Shown: positions 48,106 to 59,910, counted from the first letter of the stretch. The stretch is 64,000 nt of DNA from an uncultured Candidatus Saccharibacteria bacterium (GCA_964584895.1 CAZPAW010000001.1:197053-261052), one strand, 5' to 3'. Numbers and translations are program-made. Notes: a model not told the origin generated them from the sequence alone.

Positions 48106-48680
48106 CCGAGTCCAAATCTGTCGATACACCGCCCAATGAAGGCGGTATTTTTTTGTCAAAAGAAGAATATGAAAAAGTAAGCGAGCTAGTCGCCGAATTC
48201 CCAAGAATAGCAGACAAAGGATTACAAAAACGGCAGGCCTATCCTTTTATTAATTTGTATCTGATCATGTGGATTCTGTCGCGAGAAAAACGATCTAATA
48301 ATCAAGATGGCTTTGATCGTGAGCCCTATCGTGATTTTTGTAGGAATTGGATGCAACAAATGAGAGAAGAGGCCCTATATCCAATCGATGTTTCTGGAAT
48401 CGTAAGAAGAGTGTCATCCATCTTCCAAAACAGACTACTATACTCCAGTAGCGTCGATGACGCCCCAGTAATTTTTGATCTTGCGGGCAAAGAGTACATA
48501 GCCTTATGCCACCCATCGCTTAAATCATTGTATCTATGCACAGAGGAAGAAGGTACTGGTAGAATCGTTAGTTTTACGGAAGCACAGTTGTCGGCTGAGC
48601 ATGATCGATCAGCACGCTACGCTAGTACCGAGGACCACATAGCTTTTTTGAGCGCCTGTGTTTTATCTGTTGAATTCTGA
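48102..48680 (+). CDS. Hypothetical protein
   Basis: 192-aa ORF, ATGA overlap with the previous gene. Confidence 0.6.
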   Translation: MTESKSVDTPPNEGGIFLSKEEYEKVSELVAEFPRIADKGLQKRQAYPFINLYLIMWILSREKRSNNQDGFDREPYRDFCRNWMQQMREEALYPIDVSGIVRRVSSIFQNRLLYSSSVDDAPVIFDLAGKEYIALCHPSLKSLYLCTEEEGTGRIVSFTEAQLSAEHDRSARYASTEDHIAFLSACVLSVEF

Positions 48681-48693
48681 TACCATATCGATA

Positions 48694-49566
48694 ATGAAAA
48701 TCGTAATTAAACCAGGAAAATATATAGTTGCGGTTTCTGGTGGCGTGGATTCAATTGTTTTACTTGATTTGTTATCAAAAAACAAAGATCTTGAATTGGT
48801 AGTTGCACATTTTGATCATGGTATAAGACGAGAGTCTGAAAAAGACAAAAATTTTGTCGTTGAATTAGCTGGCCGATATGGGCTACCAATCCGAATAGGA
48901 GAGGGGAGGCTTGGTAGCGGTACTAGTGAAGAGCGTGCGCGGAGGACTAGATATGACTTCTTGCATGAAGTTATGAAAAGTGAAGGCGCCGATGCAATCA
49001 TAACTGCGCATCATCAAGATGACTTGGTTGAAACCGTAATATTCAATATCTTGCGCGGGACAGGTCGAAAAGGCATCACTTCGTTATCGAATAATAAAAA
49101 TATCCAAAGACCACTACTTGGTATAAGTAAAAATGAAATTATTAAATACGCCAAAACAAACAATCTTGCTTGGGTTGTAGATTCTACTAATTACGATACG
49201 CAATATACACGTAACTGGATCAGACATATTCTAATTCCAAAAATGGATGACGAGAAAAAAGATCAAATTTTAATGCTATATCAATCACATCAACCAATTA
49301 ATTCCGAGGTGGATGAGGCAATCAAGCGAATTATTGATTTTGAACAAGATCTAAAAAAATCAACCCTGTTGAACTTACCATATTCAATCAGTTGTGAATT
49401 GGTTGCGGGTTGGCTACGAGATAAGGGTTTGGCAGAATTTGACAAAAAAACAATAGACAGAATAGTGCGAGGCGTAAAGACTTTGCCGACAGGAAAAACT
49501 ATAGATATATATGATAATAATCAAGTTATTATTGGCGATAAAAAACTAGAAATAGTAAAAAGGTAA
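48694..49566 (+). CDS. tilS: tRNA(Ile)-lysidine synthetase
   Basis: AVSGGVDS PP-loop, HFDHGIR, AR..RY, TAHHQDD..ET, RPLL, DSTN, RNWIR; upstream of ftsH. Confidence 0.95.
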   Translation: MKIVIKPGKYIVAVSGGVDSIVLLDLLSKNKDLELVVAHFDHGIRRESEKDKNFVVELAGRYGLPIRIGEGRLGSGTSEERARRTRYDFLHEVMKSEGADAIITAHHQDDLVETVIFNILRGTGRKGITSLSNNKNIQRPLLGISKNEIIKYAKTNNLAWVVDSTNYDTQYTRNWIRHILIPKMDDEKKDQILMLYQSHQPINSEVDEAIKRIIDFEQDLKKSTLLNLPYSISCELVAGWLRDKGLAEFDKKTIDRIVRGVKTLPTGKTIDIYDNNQVIIGDKKLEIVKR

Positions 49567-49612
49567 CTCTTGCCTATAAAAATCCAAAATTATAGGTATA
49601 ATAATTGTTTGT

Positions 49613-51481
49613 ATGGATAAAAAGTTGAAACAGCGCCCAGGTGGGAACGGCTACAATGGTAAGCGCGGGCTCAAAAATCTGGGCTTTATCGTTATTATTA
49701 TTTTAATAGGGTTAATTGTTTACGCCTCTTTTAATAAACCGAGTGAATTAACTTCGGTGCCATTTAATGACGTAGTAACGAGAGCAAACAATGGCGAAAT
49801 CCAAAAAATTGAATTAACTGGCGATGAACTCGTAATTACCAAGAAAGGTGATAGTGAGCCAACTGAAGAATCAAGAAAAGAGCCAGAAACATCTCTGAGC
49901 GAACAGGGTCTTGATACAACAAAAGTCGAGCTGGTAGTAAAACCGGCTGATTCTAATGCTACCTGGACAAATATAGGCGTTTCTTTATTGCCCGTGATAA
50001 TTATTACAGGTGTTTTGTTTTTTATGCTCAAGAGTGCTCAAGGCCAAGGTAATCAGGCAATGAGCTTTGGTAAAAGTAAGGCTAGATTATATGGTAACGA
50101 AAAGGACAAAGTAACTTTTAAGAATATTGCAGGCACAGAAGAGGCAAAGCAAGATTTGTCTGAAGTTGTTGATTTTTTGAAACATCCAAAGAAATTTATT
50201 GGTGTAGGTGCTCGTATACCTCAGGGCGTGCTACTAGTGGGTCCACCTGGTACCGGTAAAACAATGCTAGCGCGGGCCGTTGCCGGCGAGGCAGGAGTGC
50301 CATTTTTTAGTATTTCTGGTTCTGAATTTGTCGAAATGTTTGTCGGAGTAGGTGCTTCGCGGGTTAGAGATTTGTTTGCCAAGGCTAAGAAGAATGCACC
50401 TTGCATAATTTTTATAGATGAAATAGATGCTGTGGGCCGAAAACGTGGTAGTGGTATGGGAGGTGGTCATGACGAGCGCGAGCAAACACTGAATCAAATC
50501 CTTGTTGAGATGGATGGTTTCGAGCAAGGTCAAAATGTTATTGTTTTGGCTGCTACTAACAGGGCGGATGTGCTTGACCCAGCGTTACTTCGTCCTGGAC
50601 GATTTGATAGGCGAGTAAAAATTGATCTACCTGATCGAAAAGCTCGAAAGGCTATACTTGAAGTACACTTTGAGAAAAAACCGCTAGACTCTCATGTTGA
50701 TCTTGATGCGCTTGCTGCAAAAACTGCAGGTTCATCTGGTGCCGATCTTGGCAATATCGTTAACGAGTCTGCGATTATTGCTGCAAGAGAAAATCGAAAA
50801 ATTATTAAGCAAGCTGATGTTACTGCGGCTTTTGAAAAAGTAGCAATTGGGCCAGAGCGAAAAAGCAAGATCATGAGCGATAAAGAAAAAGAACTTTCAG
50901 CCTATCATGAGGGCGGTCATGCTGTCGTTGGTCATGTATTGCCCGATAGCGATCCTATTCATAAAGTTACGATTATCTCTCGTGGAAATACTGGGGGCGT
51001 TACTTGGTCAATTCCGCCCGAGGACAAAAGTTATCATAGTATCGTTGAATTTAAAGATGCACTAGCTAGGATGTTAGGCGGGCGTATTGCAGAAGAACTA
51101 ATATACGGCAAAGATCATGTTACTACAGGCGCAGGTTCTGACTTACCTAGTGCTGCAGAGCTTGCACGCGATATGATTATCAATCAGGGAATGGGTAGTG
51201 GCCGACTTCGTAATCAAGTTTTTCATGTTGATGAAGGTATTATGATGGATAAGCTTATGCACGAGAGACAATATTCTGAAGATACCGCCAAATTAATTGA
51301 CGACGAAGTAGAGAACTTAATTACTGAGGCTGCTAATCGTGCCCGAGATGTTCTAAAAGCTAATAAGGCAGGCCTTGAAAAACTAAAAGACGTATTATTA
51401 GAAAAAGAAACAGTTGAATCTGAAGAAGTGCTTGAGATCCTAAAGGATAGTGTTATGCCAAAATCCGCTATGCTTTATTGA
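49613..51481 (+). CDS. ftsH: ATP-dependent zinc metalloprotease FtsH
   Basis: 2 [32 protein letters not shown]. Confidence 0.97.
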   Translation: MDKKLKQRPGGNGYNGKRGLKNLGFIVIIILIGLIVYASFNKPSELTSVPFNDVVTRANNGEIQKIELTGDELVITKKGDSEPTEESRKEPETSLSEQGLDTTKVELVVKPADSNATWTNIGVSLLPVIIITGVLFFMLKSAQGQGNQAMSFGKSKARLYGNEKDKVTFKNIAGTEEAKQDLSEVVDFLKHPKKFIGVGARIPQGVLLVGPPGTGKTMLARAVAGEAGVPFFSISGSEFVEMFVGVGASRVRDLFAKAKKNAPCIIFIDEIDAVGRKRGSGMGGGHDEREQTLNQILVEMDGFEQGQNVIVLAATNRADVLDPALLRPGRFDRRVKIDLPDRKARKAILEVHFEKKPLDSHVDLDALAAKTAGSSGADLGNIVNESAIIAARENRKIIKQADVTAAFEKVAIGPERKSKIMSDKEKELSAYHEGGHAVVGHVLPDSDPIHKVTIISRGNTGGVTWSIPPEDKSYHSIVEFKDALARMLGGRIAEELIYGKDHVTTGAGSDLPSAAELARDMIINQGMGSGRLRNQVFHVDEGIMMDKLMHERQYSEDTAKLIDDEVENLITEAANRARDVLKANKAGLEKLKDVLLEKETVESEEVLEILKDSVMPKSAMLY

Positions 51482-51627
51482 TTTTTTATCGTTTCAAAAA
51501 ACAAATATACACCTTATAATAAGCGGTAAATGAATGCTTTTATGTTAAATAATTTTATGGTTGCATTTTTGACGCTTATAGATGCACAGAGGTTGATGAT
51601 TGTTGGCCTTCGTAAAGGTCAAGTGGA

Positions 51628-53226
51628 ATGAATCGGTTTTTGAAACGCGCAAGCAAGAGCATGTCAATTGGCGGTGCGGCAACTCTACTTATTTCTATCT
51701 CATTACTTGGTCAAGTATTGGGTTTTTTAAAAGTAAAGTTGATCAATGCAAACTTTCCTGCTACCGGTCTTCAGAGTACCGATGCATATTTTGCTGCATT
51801 TAAAATTCCGGATTTTTTCTTTCTTACGATTGCTGCTGGTGCTCTCGGGGTTGCTTTTATCCCATATCTATCAGACAAGTTAGAGAAAGGTGATAAAAAA
51901 GGTGCCTGGCAAATATCTTCGAGCTTACTTAACTTATTAATGATTTTCATGTTTGTTGTAGGTCTGGTTATCTTTATTTTTGCCGAGCAGTTAATAGAAC
52001 TATTGGTTGCGCCTGGGTTAACGCCAGAACAGCTAAGTAATGCTGTGATGATTATGCGTCTAGTTTGTCTGAATCCATTAATGTTTACGATATCTGGAAT
52101 ACTTATGAGTGTTCAGCAAACTATTGGACGATTTTTCTTTTTTGCTATCGCACCATTATTTTATAGTCTTGCCATCATTGCTAGTACGCTAATATTTCGC
52201 AATAATGTAGGAATTGTAGGCCTTGGAATCGGTGCGGCAGTCGGGGCTGCGCTACAGTTGATTATCGCACTTTTGGGAATGTGGGGTACAAAATTCCGAT
52301 ACGAAACTATGATTAGATGGGAGAATGCGGCTTTCCGTGGAGTGCTTAGGCAATTACCGGCACGATCAGTTGACCAGGGGATAGATGCGATTAACTCGAT
52401 TGCAGAAACGAACTTCGCTAATAGACTCGGTCCGGGCAATGTTACTTATTATGAGAATGCTTACGTCATACACACAACCCCAATATTATTACTTGGAAGC
52501 GCCATATCAACAGCAGCATATCCAAAATTAACCGAAAGATTGTCACAGGGCAGGCCGGATCTATTTAGAAAAGATTTCATTGACGTGTTACGAGCTATGA
52601 TATGGATTTTGATGCCGGTCGTTATTGTGGCATTTTTTGCTCGAGGATATTTGGCGAGAATTATTTACGCTCGACCCGATGATGCAAACCAGATTGCATT
52701 AATTCTTGGCTTTTTGTGTGTAGCGATTTTTTTCAGAACTATCTATCAAATAATCTCGAGATATTTTTACGCACATAAAGATTCCATGACACCGTTACTC
52801 GTTTCAATCTTTATTATTGCTCTCAACGTTTTCTTGGCCTGGAAACTCTCCCAACGAGATTCGTACAGCGTGGCCGGTCTAGCGATAGCACAAAGCATTG
52901 CTGCTACTACAGAGGTATTAATACTAATATTATTAATGATGATCAGAGATAAAAAAATATTTACCTTGAAATTTTTAGGCGATTTAACAAGGATAATGTC
53001 TGTTTCTGGTTTTGCAGTTGTAGCTGCATACATTGCGATTTCGTTCTTGCCTCTCAACGCTACAGACGTAGGATTTCTTACGCTTGGGACAAAGCTAGTT
53101 GCGATTAGCCTTGTTACGTTTGGCGTATATATATTCATGTCATCTTTATTTAGTATCGAAGAATCTAAAGCTGTCACTGATAGAATAAAAAAGATTGTTT
53201 TCAAGCCAGTAAAAATTGATTGGTGA
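51628..53226 (+). CDS. murJ: Lipid II flippase MurJ (MviN)
   Basis: DAYFAAFKIPD, AFIP, multi-TM, FYA..D..TP. Confidence 0.9.
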   Translation: MNRFLKRASKSMSIGGAATLLISISLLGQVLGFLKVKLINANFPATGLQSTDAYFAAFKIPDFFFLTIAAGALGVAFIPYLSDKLEKGDKKGAWQISSSLLNLLMIFMFVVGLVIFIFAEQLIELLVAPGLTPEQLSNAVMIMRLVCLNPLMFTISGILMSVQQTIGRFFFFAIAPLFYSLAIIASTLIFRNNVGIVGLGIGAAVGAALQLIIALLGMWGTKFRYETMIRWENAAFRGVLRQLPARSVDQGIDAINSIAETNFANRLGPGNVTYYENAYVIHTTPILLLGSAISTAAYPKLTERLSQGRPDLFRKDFIDVLRAMIWILMPVVIVAFFARGYLARIIYARPDDANQIALILGFLCVAIFFRTIYQIISRYFYAHKDSMTPLLVSIFIIALNVFLAWKLSQRDSYSVAGLAIAQSIAATTEVLILILLMMIRDKKIFTLKFLGDLTRIMSVSGFAVVAAYIAISFLPLNATDVGFLTLGTKLVAISLVTFGVYIFMSSLFSIEESKAVTDRIKKIVFKPVKIDW

Positions 53227-53262
53227 CGATCGTAATAGCATCTCTGTTATAATTACACGTCG

Positions 53263-55041
53263 ATGAACCAAGAACATATTAGGAATTTTTGCATTATCGC
53301 ACATATTGATCACGGCAAGAGCACGCTGGCCGATAGATTATTAGAATTGACCGGAACAATTGAAAAACGGAATATGAAAGCTCAACTTTTAGACCGTATG
53401 GATCTAGAGCGCGAAAAAGGTATAACCATAAAACTTCAGCCAGTCAGAATGAAGTATCAAGACTGCGAACTGAATTTAATTGATACACCAGGCCACGTGG
53501 ATTTTAGCTACGAAGTATCTCGTAGTCTGCAAGCTTGTGAAGGCGCGTTGTTGGTTGTTGATGCAAGTCAAGGGATTCAGGCGCAGACTTTAGCGAATGT
53601 ATACCTAGCTTTAGAACAAGACCTGAAAATTATCCCAGTTTTAAATAAAATTGATTTGCCGGCTAGTGATGTAGAACGAGTTAGTGCGGAAGTAATATCG
53701 TTACTTGGTTGCAGTAAAGATGAGATTATCAAGATATCTGCAAAGACTGGCGAAGGCGTCGACCAAGTTTTAGACAGAATCATCGCTGATGTTCCACCAC
53801 CAATAGGAAGTGAAAATAAAGATACCAGAGCTTTGATATTCGATAGTTATTACGATGAATATCGAGGAGTTATTTTGTATGTTCGAGTAGTAGATGGCAC
53901 AATTGAAAAAAATAACGAGATACGAATGATTGCCGCTGAGGCTAATGGGATTGCGTTAGACGTTGGTCACCTAAGCCCAGATATGTCATCTGACCAATCA
54001 TTAAATACTGGTGAAATTGGCTTTGTCGTCACTAACCTAAAAAGTACACAGGAAGCAAAAGTTGGTGATACGGTAACGTTGAAGGATCATCCATCTATCG
54101 AACCACTGCCCGGGTATAAAGAAGTTTTACCATTTGTTTATGCTGGGTTTTTCCCGACTAGCAACGAAGACTATAGTGATCTCAAGGATGCGATAGAAAA
54201 ATTAGCCCTGTCAGATTCGGCCTTAAGATATGAACCTGAAAATTCTCCGGTATTAGGTTTTGGGCTACGAGTGGGTTTTTTGGGATTACTACATATGGAT
54301 ATCGTCAAAGAAAGATTAGAACGCGAATACGACTTAGAATTAATTGTCACCAATCCATCGACGGACTATAAAGTTGTTCTTAGTAGTGGTGAAGAATTGG
54401 ATATCAAATCGGCATCCGAATTGCCGGATGTGTCAAAAGTAGCTGAGATAAAAGAGCCATGGATTAACGGTGAAATTGTCGTGCAAAATAATTTCGTTGG
54501 TGGCGTTATTCAGTTGATTTCTTCAAAGCGAGGTTTACAAAAAAATATTAGCTATGTTGACGAATTAGCGGTGGTCAATTTTGAAGCGCCACTAGCAAAT
54601 CTTCTAACTGATTTTTACGATCAACTAAAAAGTGTCACTAGTGGGTACGGATCATTTAATTATGAACTGGCAGACTATCGCACAGAAGATCTAGTACGTG
54701 TTGATTTCTATGTGGCCGGTGAAATTGTAGAATCATTATCGGTTATGACTCATAGATCTGAGGCTGTTAGTTTTGGTAGAGAAATTGTGGGTAAATTAAA
54801 AGAAGTGATTCCGCGCCAGCAGTTTAAGGTGAGTTTGCAGGCAGCTATTGGAGGAAACTTTATAGCACGCGAAGACATTAGCGCTTATCGCAAAGATGTA
54901 ACAGTTGGTTTGTATGGCGGTGATGTATCGCGTAAGAAAAAACAACTAGCTAAACAAAAAAAAGGCAAAGCTAGAATGAAAAAATTTGGTAATGTCGAAA
55001 TCCCTCCAGAAGCATTTACTGTAATGTTAAAACGTGACTGA
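53263..55041 (+). CDS. lepA: Elongation factor 4
   Basis: IRNFCIIAHIDHGKSTLADR, GFLGLLHM, YGGDVSRKKK. Confidence 0.97.
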   Translation: MNQEHIRNFCIIAHIDHGKSTLADRLLELTGTIEKRNMKAQLLDRMDLEREKGITIKLQPVRMKYQDCELNLIDTPGHVDFSYEVSRSLQACEGALLVVDASQGIQAQTLANVYLALEQDLKIIPVLNKIDLPASDVERVSAEVISLLGCSKDEIIKISAKTGEGVDQVLDRIIADVPPPIGSENKDTRALIFDSYYDEYRGVILYVRVVDGTIEKNNEIRMIAAEANGIALDVGHLSPDMSSDQSLNTGEIGFVVTNLKSTQEAKVGDTVTLKDHPSIEPLPGYKEVLPFVYAGFFPTSNEDYSDLKDAIEKLALSDSALRYEPENSPVLGFGLRVGFLGLLHMDIVKERLEREYDLELIVTNPSTDYKVVLSSGEELDIKSASELPDVSKVAEIKEPWINGEIVVQNNFVGGVIQLISSKRGLQKNISYVDELAVVNFEAPLANLLTDFYDQLKSVTSGYGSFNYELADYRTEDLVRVDFYVAGEIVESLSVMTHRSEAVSFGREIVGKLKEVIPRQQFKVSLQAAIGGNFIAREDISAYRKDVTVGLYGGDVSRKKKQLAKQKKGKARMKKFGNVEIPPEAFTVMLKRD

Positions 55042-55042
55042 T

Positions 55043-55660
55043 CTAAATCAAAGAAAATAACGATTCAATAATATTGCTGAAAATAATTTCTTCTGATGGT
55101 CTACCATTAATTTTGATTAATAGACCTTTAGATTCGTAATATTCAATAACTGGCTCTGTTTTTTCTTTGAACTCTTTTAGTCTAACTGCTAGCGTTCCAT
55201 GTGCATCGTCTGCGCGCCTTCCTCTGTCGCCGAGTTTTTTTGCAATCTCCCAACGCTCTTTGACGTCATTTTCAGTAATCTCTAAATAAATCACTGCTTT
55301 TAGTGGATGATTCGCCGATTCTAAAGCCTGTATCACTCCTGTTTCCTCGCCCTTCCATCGTCCTACAGAGCTCAAGATTAATGGTCTGCCTATCAGTGAA
55401 TCTTGGCTTAGATACGGCAATACTATTTTTATATAATCCTCGGTTGGGATTAATTCTCCACTACTCATAATATCCTTAACAGTTTCGGGAATTTCGCTAG
55501 CTCGAAGTATGTCGCCACCACCAATGAGGGGTGCGTTGAAAAGTTGTGCTAGCCTTTTACCTTGAGTGTCTTTGCCAGAAAATGGTCGACCAAAAATATT
55601 AATAGATCCACTACCTAGCCAGTTTTTGAGTCTATCAATATTTGCCGACGATAATTCCAT
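55043..55660 (-). CDS. Adenylate kinase-family nucleoside monophosphate kinase
   Basis: GRPFSGKDTQ P-loop, GDILR, R.DD, RL..F...T.PVI..Y. Confidence 0.82.
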   Translation of the reverse strand: MELSSANIDRLKNWLGSGSINIFGRPFSGKDTQGKRLAQLFNAPLIGGGDILRASEIPETVKDIMSSGELIPTEDYIKIVLPYLSQDSLIGRPLILSSVGRWKGEETGVIQALESANHPLKAVIYLEITENDVKERWEIAKKLGDRGRRADDAHGTLAVRLKEFKEKTEPVIEYYESKGLLIKINGRPSEEIIFSNIIESLFSLI

Positions 55661-55763
55661 AGTGTAATTATAGCGGAAAAGGGAAATACTTGTTATATTC
55701 GCCTTTTTGCTGGTGTCAAGTGTGTCAAGTATGTCCATCCGCTAGCACTGCCGAACAAACATA

Positions 55764-55790
55764 TTGGCACTCTTGACATGAGAGTGCCAA
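55764..55790 (+). promoter_or_regulatory. CIRCE element 1 (HrcA operator); spacer contains TTGACA
   Basis: TTGGCACTC-N9-GAGTGCCAA directly upstream of hrcA. Confidence 0.9.
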
Positions 55791-55800
55791 GTTTGATACA

Positions 55801-55827
55801 CTAGCACTTACAAATGACAAGTGCTAA
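55801..55827 (+). promoter_or_regulatory. CIRCE element 2, overlapping the hrcA start codon
   Basis: CTAGCACTT-N9-AAGTGCTAA. Confidence 0.8.
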
Positions 55828-56533
55828 TTTATCACCAAGACAAGAAAAGATTTTGGCCTCTATAGTAGAGCAATATGCAGAGGTTGCTAGTCCTGTTGGT
55901 AGTAGCTTGCTGTCAAAAGCCTTTAATGTTTCATCAGCAACAATACGATCAGAAATGGCAGAACTAGAAAAACTTGGCTATATTAAGCAACCCTATACTA
56001 GCGCTGGACGAATACCGACTGATAAAGGCTATCGACATTATGTAAACTTACTACAAGATCAAGACGAGCCAATGACTAGTAAAAGGGCAGAAAGGGCTTT
56101 GTCGGCGCGAGTCGATAATGCGGGATTGCCAAAACAGACTATCCGAAATGCTGTTGATACTCTTGTCGAGCTAACAAGTAATCTAGGAATAGGCACAATC
56201 GGCGATCAATTATATATGAGTGGGCTTAGTAATTTGTTTGGTCAACCAGAATTTATTCAGCCGGGACAGGTCCAGGAGGTTGCGAGGCTTCTGGACAATC
56301 TTCAGCCATGGCTTAAAGAAACAGCACCAAACGAACCTTTGAATGTTTATATCGGACGAGAAAATCCAATCGGCGGTAGCGCAGGATGTAGCTTAATTAT
56401 TAGCAGATTCCGAAGTCCGTATTCTGATCATAGTTATGTTGGTGTGCTTGGTCCAACTAGGCAGAGTTACCGTGGAGTCATTAGTCTAGTTCGCCAAACA
56501 GGCGAAGCATTAGAGGAGGCTTTGTATGAGTAA
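55814..56533 (+). CDS. hrcA: Heat-inducible transcription repressor HrcA (short form)
   Basis: PVGS, SSATIRSEM..LE, TSAGRIPTDKGYR, GVLGPTR. Confidence 0.95.
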   Translation: MTSANLSPRQEKILASIVEQYAEVASPVGSSLLSKAFNVSSATIRSEMAELEKLGYIKQPYTSAGRIPTDKGYRHYVNLLQDQDEPMTSKRAERALSARVDNAGLPKQTIRNAVDTLVELTSNLGIGTIGDQLYMSGLSNLFGQPEFIQPGQVQEVARLLDNLQPWLKETAPNEPLNVYIGRENPIGGSAGCSLIISRFRSPYSDHSYVGVLGPTRQSYRGVISLVRQTGEALEEALYE

Positions 56534-57014
56534 AAAACCAACGCTTAAAGATCTGCAACAGCAAGTCGGTGAGTTAACAGAGGCTCTTCAGCGAGAACGC
56601 GCAGATTCGCTGAATATTAGGCGACGTCATGACGAGCAGATTGCAAGTCTAAAAGATCTAGTTAAAGTTAGTGTAGTCGAAGATTTGTTGCCAGTAATTG
56701 ATAACTTTGAAAGAGCCTTAAAACACGTACCAAAAGATCTAGAAAATAATGATTATGTGAAAGGTGTATCCGGAGTAGTAAAACAATTTGAGAATACTCT
56801 CAAGCAAATGGGCGTCGAGAAGATAAAGACAGTTGGTGAACAATTTGATCCTAATCTACATGAAGCAGTTGGCGTCGAAGGTGATGAGAGTGAATTGTCG
56901 GTAGGCGTTGAAGTTGTCAGCGAGGAACTTCAATCTGGATATAAGTTAAACGATGTGATTATTCGTCATGCAATGGTAAAAGTTAAAAAATCAAACCTTA
57001 AAGGAGGTAAATAA
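56526..57014 (+). CDS. grpE: Nucleotide exchange factor GrpE
   Basis: LLPVIDNFERA, FDPNLHEAV, GY.L...IR.A.VKV. Confidence 0.95.
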   Translation: MSKKPTLKDLQQQVGELTEALQRERADSLNIRRRHDEQIASLKDLVKVSVVEDLLPVIDNFERALKHVPKDLENNDYVKGVSGVVKQFENTLKQMGVEKIKTVGEQFDPNLHEAVGVEGDESELSVGVEVVSEELQSGYKLNDVIIRHAMVKVKKSNLKGGK

Positions 57015-58925
57015 ATGGGAAAAATAATAGGAATCGATTTAGGAACAACAAACAGCGCAATGGCTGTAATGCAATCAGGTAAGCCGGAAATTATTGCTAA
57101 TACAGAGGGTAACCGAACGACTCCTTCAGTCGTGGCGATCAACAAAAATGGTGAGCGACTTGTTGGGCAGGTGGCAAACAGACAGCGCGTAACTAATCCA
57201 AATAATACTATTTTTGGAATAAAAAGATTAATTGGACGGAAGTTTGATAGTAAAGAAGTTCAGCGTGATATCGAACTAATGCCGTACGAAATCGAAAAAA
57301 GTGGCAATGGCGTCAAAGTTCAGATGTCAGATAAGCAATATAGCCCTGAAGAAGTCAGCGCGATGATTCTAGGCAAACTAAAAGCTGATGCCGAGAAGTT
57401 TTTGGGCGAGCCGGTAACAGAAGCTGTAATAACTGTGCCTGCATACTTTGACGATAGTCAAAGACAGGCGACAAAGGATGCTGGAAAAATTGCCGGGCTA
57501 GAAGTAAAGCGAATCATTAACGAGCCGACTGCAGCTGCTCTTGCTTATGGGTTAGACAAGGGTAAAGAAGAAAAAATCGCTGTGTTTGACCTTGGTGGTG
57601 GTACTTTTGATGTATCAATATTACAACTTGGTGACGGTGTTTTTGAAGTGCTGTCAACCAACGGCGATACTCACCTTGGGGGTGAAGACTTTGACCTAAA
57701 GATTGTTAACCACTTCGTTGATGAGTTCAAAAAAGAAACTGGTGTTGATGTAAAAACTGATAAAGCTGCGATGCAACGTCTAAAAGAAGAGGCTGAAAAA
57801 GCTAAAAAAGAACTTTCAACTACAGAAGTCGCCGATATTAATCTGCCATTCTTGACTGCTGATGCTGAGGGTCCAAAACACTTTGAATACAAATTAACTC
57901 GGGCAAAATTAGTTGATCTTGTTCAAGATTACATCGACAAAACTGCCGAGCCATGCAAAAAAGCCTTAAAAGATGCCAAGTTGGAAGCTAAAGACATTAA
58001 CGAGGTGATTTTAGTCGGCGGAATGACTAGGATGCCAGCAGTTATTGAAAAAGTGAAAGAAATTTTTGGTAAGGAGCCAAAAAAAGGTGTTAATCCTGAT
58101 GAGGTTGTTGCCGTGGGTGCGGCAATTCAAGGTGGTGTATTACAAGGTGATGTTAAGGACGTATTGTTACTAGATGTTACTCCACTAAGTCTTGGTATAG
58201 AAACATTAGGTGGAATTACTACAAAGTTAATAGAGCGAAACACAACAATCCCTTCAAGTAAAAGCGAGACATTCTCGACCGCAGCCGATAATCAACCACA
58301 GGTAGAGATTCATGTATTGCAAGGCGAGCGCGAGATGGTGGCTGATAACAAATCGCTAGGTCGATTTGTGCTTGACGGCATTCCACCTGCTCCTCGAGGT
58401 GTTCCGCAGATTGAAGTAACCTTTAATATCGACGCTAACGGTATATTAAATGTTAGCGCAAAGGACAAAGGATCTGGCAAAGAACAGAGCATCACTATTC
58501 AAAACAGTGGTAATTTGGACAAAGAAGAAGTCGAAAAAGCGGCTAAAGAAGCTGAAGCGCATGCCGAGGAAGACAAGAAAAAGCGCGAAGCAATTGAAGT
58601 ACGAAACCAACTAGACAGTGCTGTCTATCAGGCCGAAAAGTTAAAAACAGATAATAAAGACAAGATTAGTGATGAAGATGTCAAAAATATTGACAAAGCG
58701 GTCGAAGAAGCCAAAAAAGTTCTAGCTGATGACAAAGCAGACAAAGATAAGATTGAAACAGCTGCTAAGGAACTTAACGACCGGATAATGCCAATCGGTG
58801 CAAAAATGTACGAGCAAGCGCAAAAAGACGAAAAATCTAGCGACAAAGAAGGTGAAGAAGCTAAAAAAGATAAAGATGAACCGGTAGAAGGCGAAGTCGT
58901 AGACGAAGACAAGAAAGAAAAATAG
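57015..58925 (+). CDS. dnaK: Chaperone DnaK
   Basis: [30 protein letters not shown]. Confidence 0.98.
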   Translation: MGKIIGIDLGTTNSAMAVMQSGKPEIIANTEGNRTTPSVVAINKNGERLVGQVANRQRVTNPNNTIFGIKRLIGRKFDSKEVQRDIELMPYEIEKSGNGVKVQMSDKQYSPEEVSAMILGKLKADAEKFLGEPVTEAVITVPAYFDDSQRQATKDAGKIAGLEVKRIINEPTAAALAYGLDKGKEEKIAVFDLGGGTFDVSILQLGDGVFEVLSTNGDTHLGGEDFDLKIVNHFVDEFKKETGVDVKTDKAAMQRLKEEAEKAKKELSTTEVADINLPFLTADAEGPKHFEYKLTRAKLVDLVQDYIDKTAEPCKKALKDAKLEAKDINEVILVGGMTRMPAVIEKVKEIFGKEPKKGVNPDEVVAVGAAIQGGVLQGDVKDVLLLDVTPLSLGIETLGGITTKLIERNTTIPSSKSETFSTAADNQPQVEIHVLQGEREMVADNKSLGRFVLDGIPPAPRGVPQIEVTFNIDANGILNVSAKDKGSGKEQSITIQNSGNLDKEEVEKAAKEAEAHAEEDKKKREAIEVRNQLDSAVYQAEKLKTDNKDKISDEDVKNIDKAVEEAKKVLADDKADKDKIETAAKELNDRIMPIGAKMYEQAQKDEKSSDKEGEEAKKDKDEPVEGEVVDEDKKEK

Positions 58926-59233
58926 TGAGTAGTTATCCTGGTGTACCACCAAGTGAACGCAGCCCGTTATCTGAAAATGAACAATTGTTATGGAATTCCT
59001 CAGTCCTATATCTAACGGTTGATTACCAGGAGCTTGATCCCATAGAACAAGCTGTAGAAGATCATAGACTCGGACAGGCTTATGATCTAATGCATTCTGA
59101 TTTGGATGTAGATCCCGAAAGAGGTGCTGAATTTTTGGCACAAGTTGGCCATGAGTATATTTTGCGGCCGAACGAGTTAGACATAGCCTTGGAGATACAT
59201 CGTGATAGATCGCTAAGAGAAAGGCATCAATAA
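58925..59233 (+). CDS. Hypothetical protein
   Basis: GTG start overlapping the dnaK stop; 102 aa. Confidence 0.5.
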   Translation: MSSYPGVPPSERSPLSENEQLLWNSSVLYLTVDYQELDPIEQAVEDHRLGQAYDLMHSDLDVDPERGAEFLAQVGHEYILRPNELDIALEIHRDRSLRERHQ

Positions 59234-59308
59234 TACATTTGACAATGGAGTATTGCGCTAAAAAATAATCTACCATACCTAACGTCGTAAAAAAGGTACA
59301 ATAAAAAG

Positions 59309-59902
59309 ATGAAAACATTAAATAACACATCAAAATTATCAAAAATATGGGCATGGGTATTAACTGTTGGCGGGTTGTCTGGCGTGATTGCTATGACAAT
59401 GCAGGCTAGTGAGAGAATTACAATGCTCAAGAATCCGACTGTTCCACTCAGTTGTAATTTAAATCCAATCATTGATTGCGGGACAGTGCTTGATAATCGA
59501 TTGGCTGCACTTTTTGGTTTTCCTAATGCATTCATCGGTATGATTGTTTTTGCCGGACTAGCGCTTAGTGGATTATTTTTGATAACAGGAACTAAGCCAA
59601 ACAAAGCGTATCGCAATATTGTGATGGCGCTCAGTACAATTCTATTAGGTTTTAGTATCTGGTTTTATAGCGTAAGTCTCTACGTTATTGCTAAAATTTG
59701 TATTTTTTGTTTAGTAGGATGGTTCGTCAGCATCCCAATTTTTGTTTACTCGTTTGCACAATGGGCAAGCGGGTCTAATAATAAATCGCTTCAAAAAGCA
59801 GGTGAGTTTTTCCAAAAAAATCACATCAATATAATTGTTGTTTCGTACGTGATAATGGCGTTAATGTACGTATTAAAATTTCAAGAATATTATTTTGGAT
59901 AA
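59309..59902 (+). CDS. Vitamin K epoxide reductase (VKOR) family protein
   Basis: SCNLNPIIDCGTV..FGFPN and CIFC active site. Confidence 0.9.
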   Translation: MKTLNNTSKLSKIWAWVLTVGGLSGVIAMTMQASERITMLKNPTVPLSCNLNPIIDCGTVLDNRLAALFGFPNAFIGMIVFAGLALSGLFLITGTKPNKAYRNIVMALSTILLGFSIWFYSVSLYVIAKICIFCLVGWFVSIPIFVYSFAQWASGSNNKSLQKAGEFFQKNHINIIVVSYVIMALMYVLKFQEYYFG

Positions 59903-59910
59903 AAAAATAA

